NCBI GenBank assembly: GCA_963782915.1
Contig: CAWALK010000022.1
Location: forward strand, 32,001 to 96,000
Length of the DNA: 64,000 nt
Origin: an uncultured archaeon
GTDB taxonomy: Archaea > Thermoproteota > Bathyarchaeia > Bathyarchaeales > Bathycorpusculaceae
Direction: 5' to 3'
The position numbers and the translations under genes are program-made. The notes below the pieces were generated by a model. The model was given only the letters and a program-made list of their open reading frames with translations. It made no database searches and was not told where the DNA came from. This document shows, piece by piece, positions 1-10,301 of this stretch (positions are counted from its first letter, which is position 1; each line of letters starts with the position of its first letter).

Positions 1-596
1 TACAGGCTTCCCAACCGGGATTGCTAATCGCAATATCTTCAAGCCCCTTTGGATTGATTTCGCCGATAAATCCAAACTTGCTTTGGGTAACTTGTTCAGC
101 TACTAAAAGGCATACTTCACCGAGCGCCTCTTCAGTTCCTTTTAAGGCGGCTTCTAAAATCGTGTTGGCACCCTGTTGAATAAGATTCTGCCGTTTTGCC
201 TGTTGCTCTGCAATCTTTCGTTCACTAATATCCTCGAAAATAGAGACGAAATAGTTTTTTTGCGGACTATAAGCGGAGATGTGATACCACTTCTTGCGGA
301 CATCAGCATACCGCTCAGTAACAAGTGATTCACCAGTTAATGCTACTTTGCCATAGAGGTTAATCCAATCTGCAGGGTCACTTTGAATATTTGGCAAGAA
401 CCTCCGTGGCTTTCTTACCGATAACATCTGACTTTTTAACCCCATTTATTCGTTCGTAGGCATCGTTAACGTCTAGGTAAACCCAATCAAGTGGTTTCCC
501 CTTTTCATCAGTGATTATTTGGCAGTAAGCAAAGCCCTCTGATATTTTTGAAAAGAGAAAATCTATCTGGCTAAGGTCAGGTCTTGTGTCACGCAT
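1..596 (-). CDS. PAS-domain sensor protein followed by a GAF-like domain (probable histidine kinase), frameshifted near 380 and running off the window
   Basis: ORF from ATG 596 reads EGFAYCQIITDEKGKPLDWVYLDVNDAYERING. Another frame continues DWINLYGKVALTGE...WYHISAYSPQKNYFVSIFEDISERK, a typical PAS-PAC end. Confidence 0.75.
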
Positions 597-790
597 AGTA
601 TAACCGGCCCAGTAAGTTAACCTAAACAATCCGCTTTTTCCATTAATAGGGTTTTTGCACATATAATAAATGAAAATCAGGCAAACCACAGGAAAACAAA
701 AGCCAAACGAGAGGATAACATGAAATTTGGTTTGGATAATTCTTAAATCTCCAAACTGCGTTCTCAAACAAGTCAAAGGATGTAATTAAA

Positions 791-1726
791 TTGACACAAC
801 AACCACCAACATACAAAACAGTATTCGTTTTCCTAGACACAGATAAATACTGCAGCCCATTCGACATGCTCGTCGCCATAGACGCATTCCCAGACTCCAT
901 GATATTCAAATACGAAAACGTCAACAGCGAAGACGCCCCAAAAATCGTTTTCGACCTTCTCTTCCCACGCGGACCAGAAGGCGCAAAACACACCAAAGTC
1001 TTCATCAACGGCAGCAACTTTGAAGAAGTAGAAAAAGTAGTCGCAGCCACCCAAAAAGCCATGAAATCAGCCCCATGGGGAAACAGCATCATCGTTGACC
1101 CAAGAGGCGGATACAGCACAGCCGCAGCCGCAGTCGCCAAAACCTTCGGTGCATCCATGGAAAAAGGCATGGGCATCTTAAAGGGCAAAAAAGTCACTGT
1201 TCTCGCAGGCACTGGCCCAGTCGGTCAAACAGCCGCACGCATCTACGCCAAAGAAGAAGCAGACGTAACCATCAGCAGCCGCAGCTTAGCTAAAGGCCAA
1301 GTAGTCGCAGACAAAATCAACGCTGAATGCGGTGCATCACGCGTTAAAGTTGTTGAAGTATCTAAGCCGGAGCAGACAGCCGCAGCCGTTAAAGATGCAG
1401 AAATCATTTTGGCAGCAGGCGCAGGCGGAATCCAGCTTCTTAGCGCAGCAGACTTAGCTACAGCAACTAAATGCAAAATTGTCGCAGACATTAACGCCAT
1501 TAAACCACTCGGTGTCGAAGGCTTAGGTCCAAACGATGATAAAGAACTTAAACCAGGCGTTTGGGGCATCGGCGCATTAGCCATCGGCAAACTAAAAATT
1601 AAGACCGAGACTGAAATGATTAAACGTGCAACCGCTGAACCATCGGGTCTCTTTGACTACGATATCGCTTATACCATCGCTAAAGACGCAATTTTAAAGA
1701 AACTCGCAAAAGCAGCTGCCAAATAA
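791..1726 (+). CDS. NAD(P)-dependent methylene-tetrahydromethanopterin dehydrogenase (MtdA/MtdB-like)
   Basis: SPFDMLVAIDA, FPRGP, DPRGGYSTAAA, Rossmann AGTGPVG, DINAIKPLGVEG and GIGALAIGKLK match Mtd family motifs. Confidence 0.8.
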   Translation: MTQQPPTYKTVFVFLDTDKYCSPFDMLVAIDAFPDSMIFKYENVNSEDAPKIVFDLLFPRGPEGAKHTKVFINGSNFEEVEKVVAATQKAMKSAPWGNSIIVDPRGGYSTAAAAVAKTFGASMEKGMGILKGKKVTVLAGTGPVGQTAARIYAKEEADVTISSRSLAKGQVVADKINAECGASRVKVVEVSKPEQTAAAVKDAEIILAAGAGGIQLLSAADLATATKCKIVADINAIKPLGVEGLGPNDDKELKPGVWGIGALAIGKLKIKTETEMIKRATAEPSGLFDYDIAYTIAKDAILKKLAKAAAK

Positions 1727-1850
1727 GCAGCTCTTTATCTATTCTTTTCTTTATTATTATTCACTTGTCACAGATAACTAGGTTTATAAGATAATTTGTT
1801 CATTCGCTCCCTCTATCAAAGCATGCCATAGGGAAAGGAAGAGAGAGTAA

Positions 1851-2993
1851 ATGGCTAATCTAACAGTTACATTAGAGCAGACACTGGGTACGAATGCTAT
1901 TACATCAGAAATTTTAGCGTCAATAATTCTGTTCATAATCGTTGCAGCAATTGGCTGGGCGGTTTATTTTGTTTTTAATAGATACTTCTCAAAGTGGGCA
2001 GAGAAAACCACCACTACACTCGACGACGACATCATCGACGCCGTGAAAAGTTTCGTAGTAATCATAGTAACAATTCTAGGTATCGAGTATGCTCTCACGC
2101 CTCTTTCGTTCCTCCAACCATACATGGGCACGTTAAATCAAGTGATCATATCTGCCGAGATACTTCTAATCGCATTCGCAATCACACGAGTTTCAAACAT
2201 CGTCGCTGACTGGTACACAGAGAGAAAAATCCAACCAAGCAAAAACCAGCGCCACATGGTCTTCATAATCAAAAAAATTATACAGATAATCGTTTTCATA
2301 TGCGCCTTCATCGTGATTGTTTGGGCTAACGGCTGGATAAACAATGGCGACCTCTCAAGCTTAGCAGTCACTGCAGGCGCCGGAAGCATCGCCATCGCGT
2401 TCGCGTTACAGAGTACACTCACCGACTTCTTCAGCGCATTTTCAATCTACTTCGACAGACCCTTCGAAATCGGAGACTTCATCGCTGTAGGCAAATACAA
2501 TGGCACCGTAACAAACATCGGAGTAAAATCAACACGACTAAAACTCCAATCAGGCGAAGAACTTGTCCTATCCAATAAAGAACTTAACAGTGCAAGCATC
2601 CAAAACTTCCGCAAACTAGAGAAGAGACGCATAACATTCACCATCGGCGTAGCGTATGAAACGCCATCAGAAAAACTAAAGATAATCCCGCTGATACTAA
2701 GAGGAATCATTGAAAACACAGAGAACGCAGAAATCGAAAGGGTACACTTCACTGAATTCGGCGACTTCGCCTTAAAATTCTTAGTGAGTTACTATGTTAA
2801 GGTACCAGACTACGCTGTCTATCTTGACACTCAGCAAAGCATCAACTTTGCGATAAAAGAGGCGTTTGACCGCGAAGGCATAGAGATGGCGTATCCAACA
2901 AGCACTGTCTATGTTAAAAGAGAAGCCGCCGCAAGAAACTTAGCACCACTGAAAAAAGAAGCCACTGGGCCTCTCCCAAATTTCTCTTCATAA
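1851..2993 (+). CDS. mscS: Small-conductance mechanosensitive channel
   Basis: TM helices, then AFALQSTLTDFFSAFSIYFDRPFEIGD, GTVTNIGVKSTRL and FDREGIEMAYPT. Confidence 0.92.
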   Translation: MANLTVTLEQTLGTNAITSEILASIILFIIVAAIGWAVYFVFNRYFSKWAEKTTTTLDDDIIDAVKSFVVIIVTILGIEYALTPLSFLQPYMGTLNQVIISAEILLIAFAITRVSNIVADWYTERKIQPSKNQRHMVFIIKKIIQIIVFICAFIVIVWANGWINNGDLSSLAVTAGAGSIAIAFALQSTLTDFFSAFSIYFDRPFEIGDFIAVGKYNGTVTNIGVKSTRLKLQSGEELVLSNKELNSASIQNFRKLEKRRITFTIGVAYETPSEKLKIIPLILRGIIENTENAEIERVHFTEFGDFALKFLVSYYVKVPDYAVYLDTQQSINFAIKEAFDREGIEMAYPTSTVYVKREAAARNLAPLKKEATGPLPNFSS

Positions 2994-3023
2994 ACTAAAA
3001 GTTGTAGAATAAAAAAGAGAAGC

Positions 3024-4184
3024 TTAGAAGGCTTCTTTGATTCGTCTGCAGGCTTCCGCAATGCGTTCTTTTGGCTGCGTAATCGTTATACGCACATAAC
3101 CTTCACCATGTTTACCGAAGCCAACGCCCGGAGTAACAGCGACACCGACATCCAGCAGCTTTTTGGCAAAAGCCATTGAGTCGCCTTTGCAGTTTACCCA
3201 GATGTAGAAGGTTGCTTTGGGCTTCTCGCATTTGTAGCCGATTTTGCATAAGGTATCGACGAGCAGGTCGCGGCGTTCCTGTAGAATCAGATTGTTTTTC
3301 TTGAGGAATTCTGGCGCTTCAGGACCCTTATAGCTGCCTAAAGCTTTCACTGCGACACGTTGCGTGTAGACTGGTGGGCCTGAGTCGATTTGTGATTTGA
3401 CTTTGGTTAAGCCTGCGACTAGTTGCTTGTTGCCGACTGCGTAACCGATGCGGTCGCCAGTCATGTTAAACGTCTTGGACAATGAATGGAATTCGATTGC
3501 GACATCCATTGCGCCGTCGATTTGCAGAATGCTTGGTGCACGGTAGCCGTCGTAGGTGACTTCTGAGTAGGCGTTGTCGTAGCAGAGGATGATGTTGTTG
3601 TCTTTGGCGAATTCCACTGCTTCTTTGAGGCATTTGAGGTCGACGGTTGCTGCGGTGGGGTTGTTGGGGTAGTTAATGTACATCATTTTTACGCCTTTGG
3701 CATCGACTGATTCAAAGTCTGGGCGGAAACCGTTCTCTGCCAGTAAAGGCAGGGGCACGGTTACACCGTCACAGAGTATGGTGGCGCCATTAGCGTAAAC
3801 TGGGTAAGCTGGATCCGGACAGAGCACATGGTCGCCTGGGTTAACGAAGGCCCGTGCAATGTTTGCTAAACCCTCTTTAGAACCCAACATCGCAACGACT
3901 TGGTCGTGTGCTATGTCAACGTTAAAGCGTTTCTTGTACCAACCCGAAACGGCTTCGCGGAAGTCAGGTTCACCCTGACTAAAAGAGTAATTATGGTTTT
4001 TGAGGTCAGCTGTTTCCTGCTTAAGCGCATCCACGACGAATTGCGGAGGCGGCAAATCAGGGTCGCCAATACTCAAAGAGATTAAATCGACTCCTTGGGC
4101 TTTCTTTTCGTTTTGGATTTTTTCCATTTCAGCAAATAAGTACGGTGGTAACCGCTTGATTCTGTCAGCAAACTCAAACGTCAA
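3024..4184 (-). CDS. dapL: LL-diaminopimelate aminotransferase (class I PLP aminotransferase)
   Basis: LPPYLFA, GSKEG, NYPNNPT, DNAYSE and SLSKTFNMTGDRIG motifs; last gene of the dap operon. Confidence 0.85.
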   Translation of the reverse strand: MTFEFADRIKRLPPYLFAEMEKIQNEKKAQGVDLISLSIGDPDLPPPQFVVDALKQETADLKNHNYSFSQGEPDFREAVSGWYKKRFNVDIAHDQVVAMLGSKEGLANIARAFVNPGDHVLCPDPAYPVYANGATILCDGVTVPLPLLAENGFRPDFESVDAKGVKMMYINYPNNPTAATVDLKCLKEAVEFAKDNNIILCYDNAYSEVTYDGYRAPSILQIDGAMDVAIEFHSLSKTFNMTGDRIGYAVGNKQLVAGLTKVKSQIDSGPPVYTQRVAVKALGSYKGPEAPEFLKKNNLILQERRDLLVDTLCKIGYKCEKPKATFYIWVNCKGDSMAFAKKLLDVGVAVTPGVGFGKHGEGYVRITITQPKERIAEACRRIKEAF

Positions 4185-4189
4185 ATTCT

Positions 4190-5023
4190 CTATATCTCCT
4201 TGAATAGTGTGCCTTCGAAAACTTTCTCCGCTGCTCCGCTTAGAAACAGTGTATCTGAAACTTCGACTTGAAGGTCTCCGCCCAGTACATGAACGGTGAC
4301 TTTGTTGCCGACTTTGCCCAGTTTATTGGCTGCTGCTACTGCTGCGCAGGTTCCTGTTCCGCAAGCGAGGGTTTCTCCGCATCCGCGTTCCCAAACCCGC
4401 ACCTTCAACTCGTTTTTGCCAAGGACTTGGACGAAGCCAACGTTGGTTCTTCTTGGGAAAGCCTTGTCGGTTTCGATGCAGGGTCCTACATAGTCAACGG
4501 GGAATTCATCTACGTTTTCAACGAATGTTACGCAGTGGGGGTTGCCCATGGATAGGCAGGTTACTTTGTAGGGTTCGCCATCGACGAGTATTGTGTCGTT
4601 TATGGCGGTGCCTTCGCCGACCATTGGAAGCGCTGACCGCTCCCACTTTGGCGCACCCATGTCAACACGGACAGAAGCAACTTCGTCGCCCTTGAGGGTT
4701 AACCAGATATGCTTGATGCCTGCTAAGGTTTCAACTGAAAACTCAGTTTTCTTAACGATGCCGTTTTCATAGCAGTATTTGCTGAAGCATCGAATGCCGT
4801 TGCCGCACATTTCTGCTTCGCTGCCATCTGAGTTGAAAATGCGCATCTTCACATCGGCAACTTTGGATGGGTAAACAATTAGGAGCCCATCTGCGCCGAT
4901 TGAGAAGCGTCTTTCACATAGCTGCTTAGCTATTGGGTTTACTTTGTCTTCGGTTATTTTTTGGTCTCGGTTATCGATGACAACGTAGTCGTTGCCAAGT
5001 CCATGCATCTTCCAGAATTGCAT
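4190..5023 (-). CDS. dapF: Diaminopimelate epimerase
   Basis: KMHGLGND, NSDGSEAEMCGNG, GNPH and ERGCGETLACGTG motifs. Confidence 0.97.
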   Translation of the reverse strand: MQFWKMHGLGNDYVVIDNRDQKITEDKVNPIAKQLCERRFSIGADGLLIVYPSKVADVKMRIFNSDGSEAEMCGNGIRCFSKYCYENGIVKKTEFSVETLAGIKHIWLTLKGDEVASVRVDMGAPKWERSALPMVGEGTAINDTILVDGEPYKVTCLSMGNPHCVTFVENVDEFPVDYVGPCIETDKAFPRRTNVGFVQVLGKNELKVRVWERGCGETLACGTGTCAAVAAANKLGKVGNKVTVHVLGGDLQVEVSDTLFLSGAAEKVFEGTLFKEI

Positions 5024-6312
5024 CAAACTTCACTCTGCACTTTCTGATTTGCCATCAAATCTTTTAGCTGTTCACGCTCTCGGACAATAACTGCCTTGCC
5101 GCCTTTAATCATAACTTCGGCTGCGCGTGGGCGTGAATTGTATTGTGAACTCATGCTAAAACCATAGGCGCCTGCGTTTAGAATCGCCAGTACATCGCCT
5201 TCGTCTGCTAAGGGTAGTTCTCTGTCTTTTGCTAAGAGGTCGCCTGATTCGCAGATGGGACCAGCTACATCGAAGGTTTCTTTTTCTGTTGAGTCTAGCT
5301 TGTTAGCGACGAGGATTGGGTGGTAGCTGCCATACATTGTGGGGCGTATGAGTGTGTTGAAGCCTGCGTCTACGCCGAGGTATTTGTGGGCTGGAGTAAT
5401 CTTGACAGTGTTCACTGTGGTTAAGAGGATTGTTGAGTCGCATACGAGGTATCTGCCGGGTTCAACGAATAAGTATGGTTTGCCCAGTCCGTATTCCTTG
5501 ATTTTATTCTTGAATAAATTAACGACTTTGTTTGAGAACTCTGTTAAGTCAAGTTCTTTGTCTTCCGGCTTGTATGGGACACCCAGTCCGCCGCCGATGT
5601 CGATGAATTCGAAGTCAATGCCTACTTCCTTGTGGACGCGCTTGGCTATGCTGAGTAGTTTCTCAACTGCCAGCATGTAGGGTTCTGCATCAAGGATGCC
5701 TGATCCGATGTGCATGTGGATGCCGAAGCGTCCTACACGGGCTCTTTGGGCAATAGCGTATGCTTGGATAACCTCTTCTTCCCAAAGTCCAAACTTGGAT
5801 TCGGGACCTGCGGTAATACAGTGGCTGTGATGACCTGCGCCTACTTCGGGGTTAACACGAATTGACAGAATCTGTGGCACTGATATCTTTAGTAGCCGGT
5901 CCATTTCAGATTGGGAATCAACGTTTATGGTGACGTTGGCGTCGGAGAGCATCTTTAATTCGTCATTTCGCACGCTTGTGCCAGTGAACATGATGCGGTC
6001 TGGTGTATAGCCGCTGCTTAATGCCAAGAAGACCTCACCGGGGCTAACACAATCAAGGTACGAGCCCTGAGACTGTAATATACGCAGAACGTTGAGGTTT
6101 GTGTTTGCTTTAGCGGCATAGTAGATGCGCACATACTTGTAATTGTTGACTAATGCACCGTATAATCGGTCGTAGTTATCTCTGATACGCTTCTCGCTAA
6201 TCAAATACAGTGGAGTATCGTACTTCTGTGCTAATTCCGTAACCGAGAAACCATCAAAGTAGAGGTTCCCCTTTCGGTCTTCTAGTGGTTCACGTAGTTT
6301 TTTCTTTACCAT
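5023..6312 (-). CDS. lysA: Diaminopimelate decarboxylase
   Basis: YAAKAN, SKFG, HMHIGS, EPGRY, GPICESGD and GAYGFSMSSQYNSRPR motifs. Confidence 0.97.
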   Translation of the reverse strand: MVKKKLREPLEDRKGNLYFDGFSVTELAQKYDTPLYLISEKRIRDNYDRLYGALVNNYKYVRIYYAAKANTNLNVLRILQSQGSYLDCVSPGEVFLALSSGYTPDRIMFTGTSVRNDELKMLSDANVTINVDSQSEMDRLLKISVPQILSIRVNPEVGAGHHSHCITAGPESKFGLWEEEVIQAYAIAQRARVGRFGIHMHIGSGILDAEPYMLAVEKLLSIAKRVHKEVGIDFEFIDIGGGLGVPYKPEDKELDLTEFSNKVVNLFKNKIKEYGLGKPYLFVEPGRYLVCDSTILLTTVNTVKITPAHKYLGVDAGFNTLIRPTMYGSYHPILVANKLDSTEKETFDVAGPICESGDLLAKDRELPLADEGDVLAILNAGAYGFSMSSQYNSRPRAAEVMIKGGKAVIVREREQLKDLMANQKVQSEV

Positions 6313-6352
6313 GCCGCTTCACACATCCAGTTAGTATTGTTAGGGTGGCTGT

Positions 6353-7411
6353 TTAAGCTAAGCCTTTAGCTACATACAGCTCTGCGCTGAGTATGCCGCC
6401 GCCTGCTGCGCCCCTGACAGTGTTGTGACTCAAACACATGTACTTTAACGTCATGATTGGGTCTTTGCGAAGTCTACCAACAACAACGCTCTGTCCGCAT
6501 CCTGCATCTCGATCAAATCGTGGTTGAGGCCGGTTCTTTTCGTGTCTAACAATTATCGGTTGCGTTGGAGCTGAGGGTAACTTGAGTTTCTGTGGTTCAC
6601 CTTGGAAGTTTGTGAATGCTGCCTCAACTTCTTCGAGTGTGGGTTCCTTTTCGAGTTTAACGAATACGGATTCGAGGTGACCGTCTTTGACGTTGACTCG
6701 GTTGCAGCTGGCAGTGGTCTTGAAATCGGCAAACTTTATGCCTTTACCGTCGAATTGACCTAGGATTTTGTTGGCTTCGGTTTCCATTTTATCTTCTTCA
6801 CCTGAAATAAAGGGAACAACGTTATCGATGATATCCAGTGAAGGAACTCCGGGGTAACCTGCACCGCTAAGCGCCTGCATGGTGGTTACCATGACTTGCT
6901 TTATGCCGTATTGCATAAGCGGAGCTAAGGTGATGGCTAAGCCGATGGTGCTGCAGTTAGGGTCTGTTGTGATGAAGCCTTTCCAGCCGCGTTGCTTCTG
7001 TTGAATCTTGACAAGTTCGATGTGGCTAGAATTGATTTCTGGAATGATAAGAGGCACATCTTTGTCCATGCGGTGTGCACTTGCCTTGCTAAAGACCGGA
7101 TACTTTGCGCCGAATTCATTTTCAGTTGGACCCGCCAAATCGCCTGGCAGTGAAGTGAATACTAAGTCGAAGTCGCCTGTTGCTTCGCATGATTTAACGT
7201 CTATGTTGGCGACTGGCATCTCCGCGATTTCTTTAGGCAGGTCAGTCTCCAAAACCCAGGTGGCTGCGTCCTTGAATTTTTTCCCTGCACTCCGCTCTGA
7301 AGCGGCTAGCACTGATATCTCAAACCAGGGGTGTCCCTGTAAGAGTTGAATGTACCGTTGTCCAACGGCTCCGGTTGCACCTAATATGGCGACTTTTCGC
7401 TTATTCGGCAT
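6353..7411 (-). CDS. asd: Aspartate-semialdehyde dehydrogenase (archaeal type)
   Basis: GATGAVGQ, PNCST, QALSGAGYPG and HNTVRGAAG motifs. Confidence 0.97.
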   Translation of the reverse strand: MPNKRKVAILGATGAVGQRYIQLLQGHPWFEISVLAASERSAGKKFKDAATWVLETDLPKEIAEMPVANIDVKSCEATGDFDLVFTSLPGDLAGPTENEFGAKYPVFSKASAHRMDKDVPLIIPEINSSHIELVKIQQKQRGWKGFITTDPNCSTIGLAITLAPLMQYGIKQVMVTTMQALSGAGYPGVPSLDIIDNVVPFISGEEDKMETEANKILGQFDGKGIKFADFKTTASCNRVNVKDGHLESVFVKLEKEPTLEEVEAAFTNFQGEPQKLKLPSAPTQPIIVRHEKNRPQPRFDRDAGCGQSVVVGRLRKDPIMTLKYMCLSHNTVRGAAGGGILSAELYVAKGLA

Positions 7412-7481
7412 TTTTACTTCTTCCTCTGACTGTTCTTTTTATATTGTTCTTGATAAAAAAGTTAACGGGTGAAAAATGGGG

Positions 7482-8273
7482 TTAAGTTAATCCCAATACG
7501 TCAGCCATCGTGTAGATTTTGGGCTCGTTTTGCTTGGTAATCCATTCTGCAGCCAAGACTGCGCCTTGAGCGAAGACATTGCGTGTGAACGCTGTGTGTT
7601 CGATGCGTAGCATTTCATTGGGACCTGCGACGATAATGTCATGGATTCCAGGGACTCCGCCTAATCTAAGGGCAACTGATTCAAGTTCACCTGATTGACG
7701 TGGGCTTATACCTTCTCGTCCATAAACTGTCTTGTTGTAATTGCGTGCTTGGGAGACGATTTCTTCTATTTTTTTGGCGGTTCCGCTTGGAGCGTCTTTT
7801 TTGCCCGTGTGGTGGATTTCGCTTATACTTACATCGTAGCTTGCTGGGAAGGCTTTGAGTTGCTCGGCTAATTTGAAGAGTATGTTGACGCCTATGCTGT
7901 AGTTTGGTGAGAACACAGATGGTACTTTGCCACGCATTGCGGTGGATACTTGTCGGTGCTGTTCCGGAGTGAAGCCCGTTGTGCCCAGTATGATGCGTTT
8001 CCCCATTTCTGCAACTATAGGTACGTTGACTAAGTCTGCGACGGGAGCAGTGAAAGAGATGAATACATCGGAGGATGCTACTGCTAAGCCAATGTCATTG
8101 GCACCGAGGATTTTGGTATCCGAGTTCATGCCTATGTCACGCAAGGTTTTGCCTACTGCGGGGCTGCTCGGGGCTTCTATAGCACCACTGATAAGGTGAC
8201 CTTTAGAGAGGGCATCGTTTATGATGGCTTGGCCCATACGACCGGCTGCACCTGAGATGCAGAGCTTAAGCAT
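7482..8273 (-). CDS. dapB: 4-hydroxy-tetrahydrodipicolinate reductase
   Basis: GAAGRMG, GTTG and EIHHTGKKDAPSGTA motifs. Confidence 0.96.
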   Translation of the reverse strand: MLKLCISGAAGRMGQAIINDALSKGHLISGAIEAPSSPAVGKTLRDIGMNSDTKILGANDIGLAVASSDVFISFTAPVADLVNVPIVAEMGKRIILGTTGFTPEQHRQVSTAMRGKVPSVFSPNYSIGVNILFKLAEQLKAFPASYDVSISEIHHTGKKDAPSGTAKKIEEIVSQARNYNKTVYGREGISPRQSGELESVALRLGGVPGIHDIIVAGPNEMLRIEHTAFTRNVFAQGAVLAAEWITKQNEPKIYTMADVLGLT

Positions 8274-9303
8274 AGTAGAGTCCCTCAAGGTACTTCTCGT
8301 TGTATAGACGGTCGGATAGTTTGACGTCGAAGGTGTCTTCGATGGGTTTTAGGATTTGTGGGTTGGATTCCCAGATTTTGCGTGCGTTGGCTAAGACGAT
8401 TTCGATGCCGTTGCGGGTCATTTTGCCCAGTGGCTGGCGGCAGGGTCCTGAAGGCATACCCAAGATGTTCATCAGGGTTTTTACTGCCAATGGATTACGC
8501 GCCTTACATGCAACTGGCCCATATGGCGTCTGCTCCTGAGTCTTAACGGTGACTATACTAAAGAGCGGTTGAAGTGCTTGTGAAATTACGTTTGCTGCTT
8601 CCTCATTTCCGTCAAGGACATAGTGTACCATATCGACAAGCGCGCCTGGGGCAACGTTCGAGATAACTGAAATCACGCCGCTTGCGCCGATGTCAGGCGA
8701 AATCATCATAGTGAAAGTCTTGTCGTCGTCTCCTGAGAGGATGTCGAAGTCTTCTCCGCAAAGCTGCCTTGTCAACTCCATGTTTTTGAGGTCACCTGTT
8801 GCTTCCTTCACGCAGCGAACGTTTGGGTATTGTGCGTGTAGGGCGGCGAGGTCTTGTGGGAGAAGTTGTGTGCCTGTTCTGCCGGGGATGATGTATGGTA
8901 TGATTTGTACTTCCGGGAACTGTTGTGCGATGGGTTCGATGTATTCGCGCCTTATTTCAAGTGAGCTTGGCCCATTATAGTATGGGTCAACGAGCAGCAC
9001 GGTGTTTACGCCTGCACTTTGGGCATGGGCGGTGCCTTCGATAGCTTCCTGTGTGCTATTGCTTCCGGTGCCAGCGATGGTTTGGCATCGTTTGCTTGTG
9101 AATTCATGGATTTTTTCTATTACTTTGCTGTGTTCATTCCAGTCTAGCGTGGGGCTTTCGCCTGTTGTTCCGACGGCTAGTAAGCCTTTGGTTCCGGCTT
9201 CTATTTGGAAATCTACTAGTTGTTGTATTCCTTCGTAATCGACTTGGCGATTACTGTTCATGGGGGTTATTAATGCAGTATAACAACCGCTGAATGTTAC
9301 CAA
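8266..9303 (-). CDS. dapA: 4-hydroxy-tetrahydrodipicolinate synthase
   Basis: ALITPM, GTTGES, PYYN, KEATG and LSGDD motifs. Confidence 0.95.
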   Translation of the reverse strand: MVTFSGCYTALITPMNSNRQVDYEGIQQLVDFQIEAGTKGLLAVGTTGESPTLDWNEHSKVIEKIHEFTSKRCQTIAGTGSNSTQEAIEGTAHAQSAGVNTVLLVDPYYNGPSSLEIRREYIEPIAQQFPEVQIIPYIIPGRTGTQLLPQDLAALHAQYPNVRCVKEATGDLKNMELTRQLCGEDFDILSGDDDKTFTMMISPDIGASGVISVISNVAPGALVDMVHYVLDGNEEAANVISQALQPLFSIVTVKTQEQTPYGPVACKARNPLAVKTLMNILGMPSGPCRQPLGKMTRNGIEIVLANARKIWESNPQILKPIEDTFDVKLSDRLYNEKYLEGLYYA

Positions 9304-9453
9304 TTCGGATTCCTCTTTTTAGACGCATAACAGTGCACTAGATAATATTTAAGTTTTACGTTTATCATTTTATTTTTACGAAAAACGTAACAAATACTTG
9401 ATGAAAGCAAAAATCTGCTCCTTTGGAAAACAGTTTCCGCAAAACAAGCGCCC

Positions 9454-9774
9454 TCAACATGTAACCGTATAAGCGGTAAAAATCCCATCGCAGTCGCCAT
9501 AGATCCGCCGCAGATAAGCCAAGGCATCATCAACACTTTGCGCCGAAGGAATAACCTGTCTAAAATTGTCCTCTCGAATCACTTCTGTTAACCGCCCGGA
9601 TCGAGTGCCGGTAATCCGCATCGCCAATCTATAGGGACCGCAGACAAAAAGGGCATTACCACCACATTTGGGATTGCCTTTCCTGACGTCGATTGTTTTT
9701 TTGCCCTGTTTTAACCATTCGAAGACTTCTCTTTTCGCCAGAAACGACGGCAAACTTTGTACCCTAAATGGCAT
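9454..9774 (-). CDS. ASCH/PUA-like domain protein
   Basis: FEWLKQGKKTIDVR resembles the ASCH GxKxxExR motif; IPSAQSVDDALAYLRRIY. Confidence 0.7.
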   Translation of the reverse strand: MPFRVQSLPSFLAKREVFEWLKQGKKTIDVRKGNPKCGGNALFVCGPYRLAMRITGTRSGRLTEVIREDNFRQVIPSAQSVDDALAYLRRIYGDCDGIFTAYTVTC

Positions 9775-9864
9775 GTAACCTAGCTAGAAGATAAGCATTA
9801 AGTTAAAAATCGAATAAAAACAAAAAATGAAAAGGAATGATGATGTCCAAAAAAAGCTTCTGGT

Positions 9865-10062
9865 TTATCCTTTGCCTTTTTCTTCTTTACCGAAGTACTG
9901 AGTCCACTTTAGCTTGCGTGCATCACGTTTGAACTGTAAGCTGCTCTTCTTGCATTTGCTGGAATCGAACCATAGGATTGAGCCGTCGTTTTTAACGTAC
10001 ATCATGCCTGTGCCAGCTGGGAAATCAGCACCACAGAACGAACATTTTCTCGGTTTTGGCAT
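9865..10062 (-). CDS. rpl24e: 50S ribosomal protein L24e
   Basis: CSFCG...GTGMMYVKNDG...SSKC...KLKWT. Confidence 0.97.
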   Translation of the reverse strand: MPKPRKCSFCGADFPAGTGMMYVKNDGSILWFDSSKCKKSSLQFKRDARKLKWTQYFGKEEKGKG

Positions 10063-10082
10063 GACAAATTCTCCATGTAGAT

Positions 10083-10301
10083 TTATCGTGTAATTTTCTT
10101 TGCTTCTCGTTCAGTTTCTCGCAGCATCAGGATATCTTGAACACGGACGGGTCCTTTAACGTTGCGTGTAATGATTCTTCCCTTGTCTTTGCCTTCCATG
10201 ATACGGACGCGGACCTGTGTGATTTCGCCCGTTACGCCTGTGCGGCCGATGATTTGTATGACTTCAGCGGGAACTAATTCTTCAGCTGCTTCTTTACTCA
10301 T
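10083..10301 (-). CDS. rps28e: 30S ribosomal protein S28e
   Basis: [14 protein letters not shown]...RNVKGPVR...ETEREA. Confidence 0.97.
   Translation of the reverse strand: MSKEAAEELVPAEVIQIIGRTGVTGEITQVRVRIMEGKDKGRIITRNVKGPVRVQDILMLRETEREAKKITR

Noticed and set aside
643-1590. Long antisense ORFs over mtd (and similar shadows over other genes)
   Set aside because: Shadow ORFs caused by codon bias of the real genes
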